Origin: Chrysomallon squamiferum
Taxonomy: Eukaryota; Animalia; Mollusca
Reading direction: 5' to 3'
Assembly (NCBI GenBank): GCA_012295275.1
Contig: CM022667.1
Coordinates: 10,478,001 to 10,542,000 of the forward strand
Length of the DNA: 64,000 nt
The position numbers were made by a program, and so were the translations under genes. The notes beneath the pieces were generated by a model. The model ran no database searches. It was not told where the DNA came from and saw nothing but the letters and a program-made list of their open reading frames with translations. Positions 34,430 through 48,164 of the stretch are shown in pieces (within the stretch, counting starts at the first letter, position 1; the number at the start of each line of letters is the position of its first letter).

Positions 34430-36789
34430 GTTACTGTTGCAGTGTTTTATTTATTTGTTCTGTGTGTGTTTGTAGGTGTGTTCCAGTGACAGACAATAAA
34501 TATGCTGGTTATGAAAACTATTGTTGTTGTTTTTTCTTGTTCTTTTTAAATTTAATTTTATTTTATTTTATTTTATTTATTTTATTTTATTTATTTTATT
34601 TTATTTATTTTTTTTTTTTTTTTTTTAATTTATTTTTTTTTAATTTTTTTTTTTTTTTTTTTTTTTTTTATATATTTTTTTTTTTGTAGGTGTTCAGAAA
34701 TAGCAGTCTATATAGTCAACGAACTAAAATGTTATTTGTTTTATTTTATTAAATAAAACAGAAACTGTAGCTCGATATTAAAGCGCTGAACTGAGACGTG
34801 ATAGTTTGCAAGTTCGGTTTCCAAAGTGTGCCAACTGAGCAATTTCCCATTCTAACCACTTTCACATGTCTACTTAATAAAAAAAAAGGTCAATATAAAA
34901 GACAGCTTGTTGCTAATCGAAGACTACCCCCATCTGAAAACCATAACGAAAATTTTCTGTCTCCTTATCTGCTTGACCTTGAGCTAAAGTCTAATCGAAC
35001 AGTTACAAAAGAATATTTTTATGTTGTTGTTTTTTGTTTGTTTTTTTGTTATTGTTTTTGTTTTGTTTGTTTTGGGATTTATTTATTTGTTGTTCTTTTT
35101 TTTCTTTTTTTCTCGTTATCGCCTTAATGTCTTGTTGAAAAATACAATAAATTTGTTTAATCTCTTTAAAGGACTTTTTTAATTAATATATATATATATA
35201 TTTATATATAGATATGTATATATATATATAAATATATGTATATATGTATACGTATATATGTATACGTATATATATATGATTATTATTATTATTATTATTA
35301 TTATTATTTTATTTTTATTTAACAACAAGTTTGCAAGTTTGCTTCGTTTGTTTATGTCAACCCAGTTCCATGCACCAGTTTACTGCACTGAGATTGACTC
35401 TGACGTGCACTGAAATTCTAGAACTTTAAGCTGTATGGTTTCTTTTTTTTCACTTATGACAAGGAGGAAAAGAAGAAGGAAAGAGGCTATCGTGATTTGT
35501 ATACCTCATTATGCACGATTTCTTTTTCCAAAGAAGTACATCTGTTCTTACATAATTGTATAACGCAACGACACGCTGTATGGAAAAATCAAAGCATTCA
35601 AACCAAATTCTGAGAAGATATCTTTGAAGGCAGACAACGAAATGATTACGAGGGAGGAAACCCACTATTGACTAACACTATTTTAAGTAAGTAACTAAAT
35701 GTTTGTTTTTTTACGAGCACCTTCAAACCATAGCTTTCGATCAATTAGCCGTTGGGCACAGGCTGGAACGGTAAAAATATGTCACCAGGCGAGCTAATTA
35801 CAAAGAAATAAATAATGAAAAAACAAAAAAAAAAAAATATGACATACGTAAACTTGTTCTTATTAAATTATTATTCCAATTCAAGAGAACAGTATTTTCT
35901 TTTTAAAGTTTCAGCCGTAAATATATTCTACTGGATAAAGTTAGCAAAACATCTGTGGGAAAGTGAAGGTTAAACAAATCTACTTTTATTAGCGTTCTCG
36001 TTAATCCGGCTCTGACAGCAATTGAACCCCTGTTCTCCTAGACAAAGAACAATTTACCAACAGTAAGCGAATGCTAAACTAAAGAGGATAGAACGGACTC
36101 TCAGTACCAGCTCATCGCTAAATCAACGCATGCTTTTATAAACTGGAACACCGAGAAAACAAACCATTGCAGTTTTAGTTAATAAACAGTTATACCCGTC
36201 TGCAAAGAGTGTAGTAAAGGGTGGGGAAAAAATAAAAAATAAAAAAATAACAACATAAAGTCTTTGCGTTCTTGTACACTAAACGATCTTCTCCTTGGAT
36301 ATATCTCAAGCAAGATACCAAATGTGGTTAAAATGTAGGCCAACTTGTAATGTAACCGTGTTATTGTTATTTTACCCTTGCCGACAAATAATTATTCTCT
36401 CGCATGCATAACTGACGAATATGTGCACTGCCCCAAATAATATATATTTGTGAAATTAATACACAAGTGCATTAGACAGGACCATTCAACGAATTGTGGA
36501 TTACTTTGATTTCAAAGGATAAAAAATATTATTATCTGAAAAAAAGAAAAAACAAAAAAGAATCAAGTAAGTAGATATATTTATTTCATGTTTATAATAT
36601 TTTGTATTCCTTTTATGCATATATTTTCTTATTTGTGTTTTACTTCTAACAATTTAGTGTTTATTGAAACCTGAGGACGGTGGGCTGAACTCTAAATGGC
36701 CTCATTAATTATTCATTAGGATTTTTCAAATCGTAGCTATGTCTCATTTTTGTTTTCCTACGTGCAAGACGTGTATTAAAAACATAATA

Positions 36790-37313
36790 AAAACTTTCAC
36801 GGAACTTTCTTCTAAAGATTGTTATGCTCGAATTAATTAGTGTACTCTGGTCTGATGTTAGGAATGCAGAAGTCCATGGTAAAATGTAATGAGTGTTATG
36901 TTCAAAAGGGTAAGTTGGTCAAAGAAAACGTTTTATTACTCCTTTTTTCTTCTTTCTTTCTTTTCATTTGCTGCTTTATCTTTTGCTTAATTTTATTTTA
37001 TTTTACTGCTTTAGATAAAAAAAAAAAAAAAAAAAAAAATGTGCCTTTTTTAAATCAATTTTATTACTTTTCTTTTCTTTTTTCTTTTTGACTTTTTATT
37101 ATATACTGCAAACAAAGACATTTTTGTAATTCGTATGTGAAAATTCATTCGGTTGTACTTCATATTCCCAGGTTTTATTCCAAGTACAAATATTTTACTA
37201 AATTCAAATTCCATTCAGAAAAATAAATCGAGTCACGAACCTTTTGTTTTTGCGTATTTTTTATAACTGCGAAACAATATTGTCGTGTGAATTGTAGTTT
37301 GTAATAAACTTTT

Positions 37314-37348
<35 letters not shown>

Positions 37349-39290
37349 CTTTTTTTTCAGTAAGAGAAATGCATATTTATATTTATATTTATATTTTTAT
37401 TTTTATTTTTTTTTTTTTATTTTGCTTCGGTTGGTTGACGTTAGTACGTTTGGATTTATTATTTACAGCATAATTATATTTAAAAAATTTAAAAGTTAGA
37501 CACGTTAATCGATGAATGAGCTATGATTATTTATTTATTCATTCATTTATCTTTTCATTTAGATTACTGTCTTAGTTTTTCTTACTAAAACCAACTGCTT
37601 ATTACTTACTAAATACCGTCAAATACTTTTTTTGGTTGTTCCTTTCTTCTTTTTGTTTAAATAAATAAATATAATATAATATTGATCTTCAAACTGCAAC
37701 AATGGACTTGAAAATGTTTTTCTCAGTTCCATTCATTTCTTGATAAATATCACGATAAATATATCTATCCACTATGGATTTTGCTTTAAGCACTGGTATC
37801 AGACACGACAGCTTGGAGGAACTTATGAGTGTTTTCCTATCTGCAAAACGTGTATCAAAACAAAATAATAATAACAATAATAAAAACAATTTACGAAAGT
37901 TTTTTCTAAAGATTTGTATGTCCGGATTAATCAGTGTAATCTGGTGGATTAAATCAGACGTAGGGAATGCAGAAGTCACGAATAAAATGTAATGAATGTT
38001 ATGTTCAAAAGGGTAAGTTCGACAAAGAAAACGTTTTATTAATTTTTATTTTTATTTTTATTTTTTTTTATTTGCTGCTTTAGATCAAAAAAAAAGAAGA
38101 AATGTGCCTTTTTTAAATCCATTTTATTACATTTATTTTCCTTTGACTTTTTGACTTTTTAATATATACTGCAAACAAACACATTCACATAATTCATAGT
38201 GTGGTAATTCATTCGGTTGTACTTCATATTCCCAGGTTTTATTCCGAGTACAAACATGTTACTAAATTCAAATTTCATTCATAAAAATAAATCGAGTCAC
38301 GAACCTTTTGATTTTGCGTATTTTTTATAACTGCGTATCTAACATCATGGCAAAACAATATTGTCGTGTTAATTGTAGTTTGTAATAAACTTTTTTTTTT
38401 TTTTTTTTTTTTTTTTCATTTACTGCTTTATCTTTTGCTTAATTTTATTTTATTTTACTTAATGGAAATGTACCTTTTTTATATCCATTTTATTACATTT
38501 ATTTTCCTTTGACTTTTTTATTTTTATTATATACTGCAAAGAAAAACATTTACAGAATTCATCTGTGAAAATTCATTCGGTTGTACTTCATATTCAAAGG
38601 TATTATTCCAAGTACAAACATGTTACTAAATTCAAATTTCATTTTAAAATAGAACGGGCACGACCTCTGTTGCGTGTATTATTTTTTTTTTTTTTTTTAT
38701 TGCGTAACTAATATCATGGCAAAGCAATACTGTCGTGTCAATGGTAGTTTGTAATAAACTTTTCTTCTTCTTTTTTCTTTTACTTCTTTGGTCAGTGAAA
38801 GAAACGCGCCCGTAATTTCGCATTTAATGACAAATGTGAAAATGAATTATGAAACAAAACTGACACTCCGTAAATAATACATGAAAAGGTAAGTTTCGAT
38901 TTATTTTTGACTTATTTATTTATTTTTGTTGTTGCTTAGAATTTAATTATTTTATTTTTATTTTTATTTTCCTTGTTTTTTTTTGTTGTTGCTTAGAATT
39001 TATTTATTATTGTTTTATTTTTATTTTCCTTGTTTTTTTGTTGTTTTTTTTTTTAGTACATTTGAAGCGAAGATTGGATATATTATTTACAGCATAATTA
39101 TATTTAAAAAAATTAAAAAGTTAGACACGTTAATCACTGAATGAGATATGATTATTTATTTATTCATTCATTTATCTTTTCATTTAGATTACTGTGTTAG
39201 TTTTTCTTAGATCTTAGACAGCTTAATTACAGTCAAAGTACTTTTTTGTTTTTGCTTTCCTTTTTTCTTTTAAAAAAATAAAATAAAATA
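36790..39290 (+). repeat. Local tandem duplications of upstream sequence of paralogue 2
   Basis: The block TATATACTGCAAA...ATTCATTCGGTTGTACTTCATATT...GTAGTTTGTAATAAAC occurs at about 37100, 38163 and 38528, and again at about 63494. The segment 37450-37650 is repeated at 39075-39270. Confidence 0.85.
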
Positions 39291-39450
39291 AATAAAACGT
39301 ATTAATTGCTTTGTCAAATAATATTAGCATTTAACTGATTATTATTTTGAACATCTGACTTTATTTTAAAGTAAAATTGTTTTAACTTTTATCTGTTCGA
39401 CCCTTGAAAATAAATCTATTTGCTAATTGACAATTACTTCTTGACTCGTT

Positions 39451-39454
<4 letters not shown>

Positions 39455-39505
<51 letters not shown>

Positions 39506-39653
39506 TAACAATAAAAATAATAATAAAAACAATAATAATAACAACAACAATGATAATAATGATAAAAAAAATAATAATAATAATAGTAATAATAATAATA
39601 ATAAAAAATAATAAAAAGAAGAAGAAGAAGAAGAAGAAGAAGAAGAAGAAGAA
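39455..39653. repeat. Compound (AAT/AAC)n-(GAA)n microsatellite; many similar (AAT)n, (ATTT)n and (TG)n tracts occur across the window
   Basis: Directly visible. These tracts produce the poly-N/L/Y/I ORFs in the track. Confidence 0.97.
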
Positions 39654-39818
39654 AGTAGAAACATCTTAATAAAAACAAAGTGTTTTAAAATTAAATAAAT
39701 ATAAAAGCAATTATGTAAAAAGGAACTCTTCTTGGCAGAGGAAAACAAAACAAGAAGAAGAAAGAAAGAAAGAGACGCCACTAAACCTGAAAATTACAAT
39801 TAATTCGAAAGGTCAGTC

Positions 39819-41697
39819 ATGCGTCATTTATCCATCGTAATATTAGCAGCATCTATCATCTGGCTGAAGGATTCCACTTTTGGTGGAAAATTCTCGTGGC
39901 AGAAATTCGACGCTTTCGACGACATCGACTACAAAGTAAACGCAATAGGTGACAACTGTCCTTCTAAACCCAAAAGTGAAATGGTTCTCAGAGAGGACAC
40001 CGTGTCCCAAATTCCCAAATATAATCGTCTGCTCTCTCAGGTTTGGTATAAAAACCGGACCTCTCTCATACACCTGCACAACATGGCGCTCAACCGAGCT
40101 TTCTTCTACAGCTACATCTTACAGAAAATGAACGACACCTCCTCCTTCTACATCAGTCCAAACTGGATGTACATGTACATGTCGGTCACCGCTGACGTCA
40201 ACGCCAACCCTAATATGATCAACGCCAGCGCCATTTACTTTGATAACAACTGCAGCTATCCTAATTGGTATGTGACGGTTCCACTGAACAAAACATTGAA
40301 CCTTTTCGCACCAAAAGCTTGGAGATGGGATGATTACAATGACCAAGACAATTTTCTGCGGGAACCCACCAAGAAGGTTGTCATGGTAACTGACATGGGC
40401 TCTGGACATAGTGCCAACTACACTCATTCGGATTACAAGATGAATCCCTGGTATTCAAAATGGCTGCCGGACACTTCCGGTGCAGAAGACTCCTTGACTA
40501 AGTTTCCTTACAGAATCGGCATAAAATATTCTAACGAAACTGGACGTTTTACGAGGGATGAATTTCTGAATTTCCATTTCTTTGGTCCTTCATCGCCGAG
40601 TCAAATCGAAAAAGACGAGCGTATGCTGCCAGTTCAGTTCACAAAGCCGTATTTCGACTGCAGCGGCGCAATGAAGTGGGTACTGAGCGCCGTCTCTCCT
40701 GTTGTCGACTACATGCCTCGGTACTCTAACTGGACACATCTTCGTCGTCAACGGTAAGCGAAAATATTATTATTATTACTCTACAAATTGTAAGATCTGT
40801 AAATTCATATGGATAAACATAATTATATGGCATATGCTTAATATTAACGTTATTTTTAAAAATACATTTGACATACGTAGAAATACCATTTCTGGGTCAT
40901 AACACAGAATATTATTATTTGATTATCATGGTTTTTTTTCTTTCAGAATACATAGCTGTAAAACTCTTCAAAACTGTGCTATTGAATGACACGTTATTGT
41001 GTTGGAGACATGTCTGTGATTAATCTTACTTCAGTTTGTGTAATTTCATTACAGGTTTGTGGCTACGATCGTTATGGACATAGACCTTGATCAGATAGAT
41101 TACAACGCGTGTCCTGTTAGCATCGGGAATCCTGGTCCAAGCTATTTGTCAGGAACTGACAGGTGCAAGACAAAAACCACAGAAGTGAGTAGATCTTATC
41201 AACTGTCAGTTTTAAATTTATAATCGCTTTCTCTTAAAGAGCATATCTTTGCATTTATAAATTTTGTTTCTGTAAAATTAAAATATTTAAATCGATATAT
41301 ATATTTTTTTAGGAGCTTAAAACAACAAATAATACCAAATAAATTTAATAAAATAAAAATAAAAAAAATAAATTGAAATAACTAAATAACTAAATAATTA
41401 GCATTACGGCTGAGAAAATGAAGACATATTTGAACCCATTTGCTATCCGTTTACTGGATTATTTCGAAGCTGATTTCTATCTTTCAGCTATGTATCAGAT
41501 AAATAAGCTGAAGTTTCAATACGACACTTTAGTCGATTTCTCTGATTTCACGACACTGTGTTAAATAACTGCTGATATTGTACTTCTTTTCTGTGAGGCA
41601 CATTTTTCTTCTCTTCGTAATACTTGTCATGACTTGGGTAACAATGTCTAAGTGTTTAGGAATGTGTGTGAATCTTAAATAACGAACATGTGCGAAC

Positions 41698-41742
<45 letters not shown>

Positions 41743-44700
41743 GCACGCATGTATTGTACATGTGCGAACATTGTGTTCTGTGTGTTTACCGCGTATATAA
41801 GTTCATGAATGTATAGGTATATAAAAAGCTGCGTTTATTGACATGTATTTACAAGCTTCCGCTTTCAAAGACTTCGATAACATGAGTATTACTGCACCTT
41901 TATTAAAGCAGGTGCAATTCACAGAACACTGAGTTTAAAAGCACCTGGTTATGTTCTCATAGATGGCTGATATATTATTCAGGCCCTGTTTACAACCACA
42001 GAAAAATGAAACGCTTATTGTGATACCATTTAAAACCACGATTTATGTTACACATTTTATAGCTCAAAGAACAACAGTGGTCTTGTCTGGGGCTTTCGTG
42101 TTCCACTTTGACATCTTTTGTAGTTGTAAAACCTCTTAGTAGATAAACCATCTGTCCAAGAATAATGAATACCATGAAGAATTAAAAAATAAAATCTATC
42201 TCGGAAAAAAATTATTTAAACAAACAAAAAATGTCGGTATTTGCATTTGCAAGTACAATAGCACTTTCAACGAACTATTTATCCGATAATGTTCTCTGAG
42301 TCATTGACTCATTTGCACTTCTCCTATTTACTTATGAGTACACAAACGTACAATGAATACAAACCCCACAAAAAAAGGTACGTTTAAGACTCGGCTCTCT
42401 TCAGCATTAAAACTGTTTTCTTTTAGTGCAAGCATAAAATGGGATACGGACTTAATCGAGGAGGCTATGTGTGTATGTGTAGAAGTGGTTACCACTACCC
42501 GAAATGGATCGACCCTCCATTTCAAGGTGCTGATATTGAGCAAGCCACAGAAGATGAATATAATAATGGATTTGAATGTCTACGCACTGACCGTAAGTTC
42601 TTCTGCACGATAAAGCTGAAGAAAATAAACGATTCAACAATCCATATACCAAAAATATGCAGCCAAATATATTTCACTACCAAATGATTGTGTTTATTTG
42701 TATGAACAAACAGCCTAATACATTTGTCACTATGAGTCTTAATTTAATAATAATAATTTTAAATATTTAAAAAAAAAACATGATTGTCTGCAGGCTGTGA
42801 TTACCCAAACTTGTATTTTTTTTGTCTGCGTTTGTATTGATCAGTTATTATTATCTATTAGTTTCTATTTCCTTATATACATCAACGATTTCATGGATAT
42901 TAAAAACAAAGATACAAAGATACTGTCGTAGCCACAAATTATACGTGACTTCATTCAGTACTGAGCTGATCTTTGGAACATTTCTATTTTACTTTTTCAG
43001 AACGCATTGTTCTGCCACAAATTGATCAACTGGAAGGCGTGACAATTGAGGGCGGTTCCAATACATTTACAAGTGGCGGTAAAGACCTGGGCAGCTTGAC
43101 AACTAATTTTGTTTCTAGGAAAATACGTTCAGTGAATGTTACTGAAGAAGAGAAAGTTTCACAGTACACACCTCATATGTCAACGCTTCAAAAGAAAAAA
43201 GAAACTGAAGAAGTACGACCAGACAAAAACGTGAAGAAGCTCGTTTCCAAATTACGAAAAGAAAAAAGAAAAAATGTTCTACATTACACGGCCTCGTCGC
43301 CACAGGAAGAGAAAAACAAACGAAAAAATACTCCAACGTGGGCAAAATATGCTCATGGAAAGATCAAACTGACCAGTCGAAAGACGATCAAACTTTTGAA
43401 GAAAAAGTGGCTGAGAGCTAAGAATATCACACTTCACAAACGATCGAAACGAGCTTTCAAAGGTCCCTTTGACCAACAGGCCTTCGATTCAGTGATGCGA
43501 ATTTTCCGTCACAAGGCTAGCATAACGGCTGAAAATTGTCACACGAAGCCCAAACATTTGTTATACATGGCTGGCGATGTTGGTTACGGATTTGACAAAC
43601 AGTTCGAAGCTGAAGGGAGAACAGCTTTAAGACTTTCTCATTTTGTCAGCAATTTCCTTCAGAATTCTTCACCAGACGAAAACTTTGGAAATCTGAGAGG
43701 TGGAGGAAGGCTGCACATGGAACATCTGATTGGAGAAGTACTAGCCAACGTCATGGCCAACCACAAAATACTTTCCAGCGGAATATTCTTCGACACTTAT
43801 CAGTTTGAAAACCAAGATGGCTCGATGAGGGAATTGTTTGGCCCATTTGCTTACGAAAAGCAGGGCAGCTTTTACACTATAGATGCAGCAGGGATGACTA
43901 CGCGATACACTGATGAGGACTGGTTCGTTAAAAGTAAATCAAGATGGTCGACAAATGTAGAAGGTCTTACAACGTACAAAATGAGGCCTTTGATTAGGTC
44001 GAATCCAGCAGGACTTAGTTCTGTCCAATTTACGTACTTCCCAATGAGCTACAAGGCTCCTGACTATAAAGACGGCTTCTGGACACGTCCCACTTTTAAA
44101 TGTGATGGTCGCATAAATGAGTGGGTTATGACATATGTTGTCCCCTTCTTTGGACTCGACCATCTTAGGAAAAGGATACAGTTTAAGTATGCTAAGTGTT
44201 CTTGCAGATTTGTATTTTATGTTATAGAAAAAATCAAATTACATAGAGTTAGCATTAACAAATACTGAAAGAGGTTGCCTAGCCAACAATTTTTAATGAA
44301 GAACAAAGTAGAGAAACAAAGACAATTGAAATACGAGAACTAAATGCTTCTAAATAACTAATCAATCATCATCATACTGATTATCTTAAAAGCTACTGAG
44401 AAAACTGAATATGAAATATCTGACTTTGTTAAGCTCGTAAAAATTTAAAATAAAAGTTTAATCAGTTTATCTTCACGTATTAGCAACATTTTATGCGACA
44501 TTAGAATACATAAAAAAATTAATTTCTGATCAGAAGAGATGCTAATATAGTTCACCTTTGCCAGTAATTATCACTGTATGAAATCTAAAGGATCGCTATA
44601 TATGTTTCTGTAAAATTCTAGTCATTTCTGACCAAAATTTAAAATTGTATTTCACATTTTACTTTAAGAGGCGTCGTGACAGCTGACGTTCCTCTGGGAC

Positions 44701-45514
44701 TCCTGGAAATTGACCAGTGTCCGGCTCCTTTTCACGTTGCAAATGCATTCAAAAATACAGCGAGATGTGACCAAATATCAACCAAGGTAAGAATATATAT
44801 CATAACAGATGTTGTGCAGACAATGTAATTAAAGTATGGTCATAGACAGACCACTGTAATATTAATAATGAACAGGTGGAATTAAAGATTAGCAATGAAA
44901 GAAGAAATAATTTTTTTAATTCAGATGCAGTGATATCCTAAATTTTATATGGATGAGATCAAAATTGTATACGTGTACAAGAAAACAACAGGATAATTTG
45001 CGAAAATTAATTATTGGTAAAGAAAATATTTAATACTGTATCTGATGAATTAGATAAATAGATACAGAACTGGTTAATATTTATTTAATAAAAAAAAAAT
45101 AATTAATAAATAAATAAATAAATAAATGTAAGAAATTTATAAGTTCTATACCTTACTTTTCAGTGTGAAAAACAGAACGGTTTCCTGTTTATGCGAGGTG
45201 CTTACAGATGCGATTGTCGTCAAGGTTTCGAATACCAACATGCAGACGGCAAATTCTGGATCGAGGGATCTCTTTTAGAATTGGAATGGGAAAAGAAACA
45301 ACGTGGACTATTCAGCAGGTAAACGAAATACTACTAGACTTCGAAACAATCTTCGTTTAACTTCAAAACAGAATTTATATTACGTATGGTAAATTCAGTA
45401 GGCGAAGGGAAAGGATCCTATTATAAGTCTTTCTTGTTTGTTATTCGATATTTTTTACTTATTTATTTTAATTTTATTTTACTTTCTTCAGTTATTTATT
45501 TATTTTACTTTATT

Positions 45515-45549
<35 letters not shown>

Positions 45550-45781
45550 TTCATTCATTTATTTTATTTTATTTTATTTTTTTTATTTTATTTTAATTTA
45601 TTAATTCTTTTCTTTATTTATTTGTTTGTTCGATTTTATTTTTATATATACAGTATTTTATATTTTCAGATTTGACTTACTGAAATGTCGCATTTCGGGA
45701 GCAGAATCAGTTACTGTGTTTTCTAATCAGTTACAAATCACATGGCTAGCGTTGTCCTTGACGTTAATACTGACGTCATAA
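39819..45781 (+). CDS. Tandem GPR158/GPR179-type ectodomain protein lacking 7TM, probably GPI-anchored; paralogue 2, about 933 aa. Exons 39819-40753, 41055-41184, 42427-42592, 43001-44186, 44669-44786, 45164-45318, 45670-45781
   Basis: Same exon structure as paralogue 1 (130, 166, 118, 155 and 112 nt exons), same phases, open frame, signal peptide and hydrophobic C-terminal tail. Confidence 0.85.
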
Positions 45782-46419
45782 CAGTCACTCATGATCGAAG
45801 GGTGTGGCAAGTTTTAACCATTATTCCAGCTATGAGAAATTCATTTGTGCAAACGTTCACTGATACAATACTTAGCTAATTATACTGTAATGAGATCAGA
45901 ACTGATTGTTTCAATCCTAACTCGACTTAACGTGATCTTTACCTTCATTGAACTTCTGTTACGTTATGAATGTCTTCTAAGCAGATCAGTCGTCAAAACA
46001 GCTATTGTTTCTCAATACAAACCGTTCACAAAAATAGATAAATAATTAATTAATTAATTAATTAATAAGAAGAAGAGGAAGAAAATATAAAACAAATAAA
46101 TTTTAAATGTTGTGTGTCAAGACTGTTTCACAAGGGTGAAAATCTCGAACTTACGTGTGTATTATCAAAATTTGTTATTAGCAAAGTTTGGTGTTTGTTC
46201 TTGTCATTCTTTGTTGGCAACACATTTTTTTATCTGTATTGATTATCACTAACAAGTTTACGAAATGTATTTAGTTTATTTTTTATGTGTGCAGCCAAAT
46301 GTAAACATATCAAAAAGCTATTATTTATTTTATTTTATTTATTTTTTATTTAGTTATTTATTTTATTTTATTTTATTTTTTTATTTGTTTATCTATTTAT
46401 TTATTTATTTTATTTTATT

Positions 46420-46466
<47 letters not shown>

Positions 46467-47650
46467 TTTTAATTCACTTTTTTTTATTTTTTTTTTTTTA
46501 CTGTGATCAGAAATCTATAAAGTCAAATTATATTTATTTTATTACGAAATAAGAAAACGAAAACTGAGATATGATAGATCACAATTTCAGTCTTCAAAGT
46601 GCTGCAAATGGGCAGTTTCCCATTCTAACCACTTTCGCACATCAACTTAATAAAGTCTTGTGGTAAATGCTATCTTGTCTTTGGTAAGATGAATATAAAA
46701 GATAGTTTTCTGCTAATCGAAGACTATCCCCATCTGAAACCCAGATTTTGTTTTAAGCTTTCATTTTATTTTATTATTTTTCGACATTGTGTTTTGGGGT
46801 TGTTTTTTTTTTTGTTTGTTTTTTTTTTGCTGTTTTTGGTTGGGTTTTTTTCTTTCTTTCTTTCTTTTTTGTTCCCCTAACATCGTGTTGAAAAATAAAT
46901 TTAAAGATATTTACATCTTTACCAGTTTGCATATGAACCCGTGCACTGGTTTACCGAACTAACCTAGATTTTGACACGCACTGAAACAAAGGAAAGAATT
47001 TTCTGCTGCAATTCTAGAACTGTAAGCTGTATTTTTGCTTTAATTCACTCATGATAAGGAGGCCAGCGTGATCTGTATTTTCTTCATTGCGCATGATCAA
47101 ACATATTAGTATTTATTTACTTTTTTAAACTTTCTATTACCCCACCTCGTCAACTTCCTCCTTTTCTCTCTGTCATATCCCTCCCTACAAAGATTTAGCA
47201 AAGATCTAACAATCTGAATAAGAAAACATTTTATTCTTGAAATTATATATTTGTATAAATAATAATGAGCTTTTTAACTGAAGACCAACTAAATATAATT
47301 ACTTAAGTGCAAAAAGTGTACGGACATAAGATCAAACTTTATTTTTTCATTTTATTAATAAATATTCACTTATGTCCCACATTTGATAATTTGTTTTGAA
47401 ATTGACGTCATCTACAAATGAAGTACAAATTATCACTGTTTTTATTTTATTGTATTATATCATTTATTTATTTATTTATTTATTTGTTTGTTTATTTCAT
47501 AATAATATTTAACATAACAGAAACAGTTACGATTCAGCAACGTTCATTCATCATTCAGCAAGAGATTATGCTATGATAACATCTTTGCAAACACCTCTTA
47601 CATACTATACAATAGAATAAGAGCGAAAACAACAACAACAACAACAAAAA

Positions 47651-47704
47651 GGATTGACCCGAAGACCTAACACGGATGAGCAAGCACTCTAACCACTGAG
47701 CCAT
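47651..47704 (-). mobile_element. tRNA-derived SINE head fragment
   Basis: The minus strand reads TGGCTCAGTGGTTAGAG (Pol III A box) ... GGGTCAATCC (B-box-like). No full cloverleaf. Confidence 0.5.
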
Positions 47705-47996
47705 AAGATTTCAGTTATCTGATTGCTTGAGTTATGAAAACACACGAGTAAACGAGTTTCATAAACTGCTGACTCGACCGGTTACACTGACCTGAACTCT
47801 GAAGAATTTTATAATGTCAAGAGGAAATTTCTGTCTCACCACACTTGATCACTCTTAAATAGAAAACTCTGTGTCAGTTTGTATAAGACATGCATCAACA
47901 AGAACACAATAGACTAGGTAGATTCGAACTCTCTGACCCGTGCTTGACATCGCTGTAATTAGTAATGATAGCCTTCCTTTCCTTGTCTGTTCTTTT

Positions 47997-48028
<32 letters not shown>

Positions 48029-48090
48029 CATCAGAAAGTTATCAAACGTGAACTATCTTCTTTTTTTGTATTTTTCACAAGTATCTAAAC

Positions 48091-48164
<74 letters not shown>

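Noticed and set aside
9991-45781. Functional link between SLC10 transporters and the Cache-type ligand-binding proteins
   Set aside because: Adjacency alone is not evidence of co-function in a eukaryotic genome, and no shared regulatory sequence was seen.
47651-47704. Possible tRNA gene
   Set aside because: Only A- and B-box-like motifs are present, with no acceptor stem or cloverleaf, so it is treated as a SINE head.
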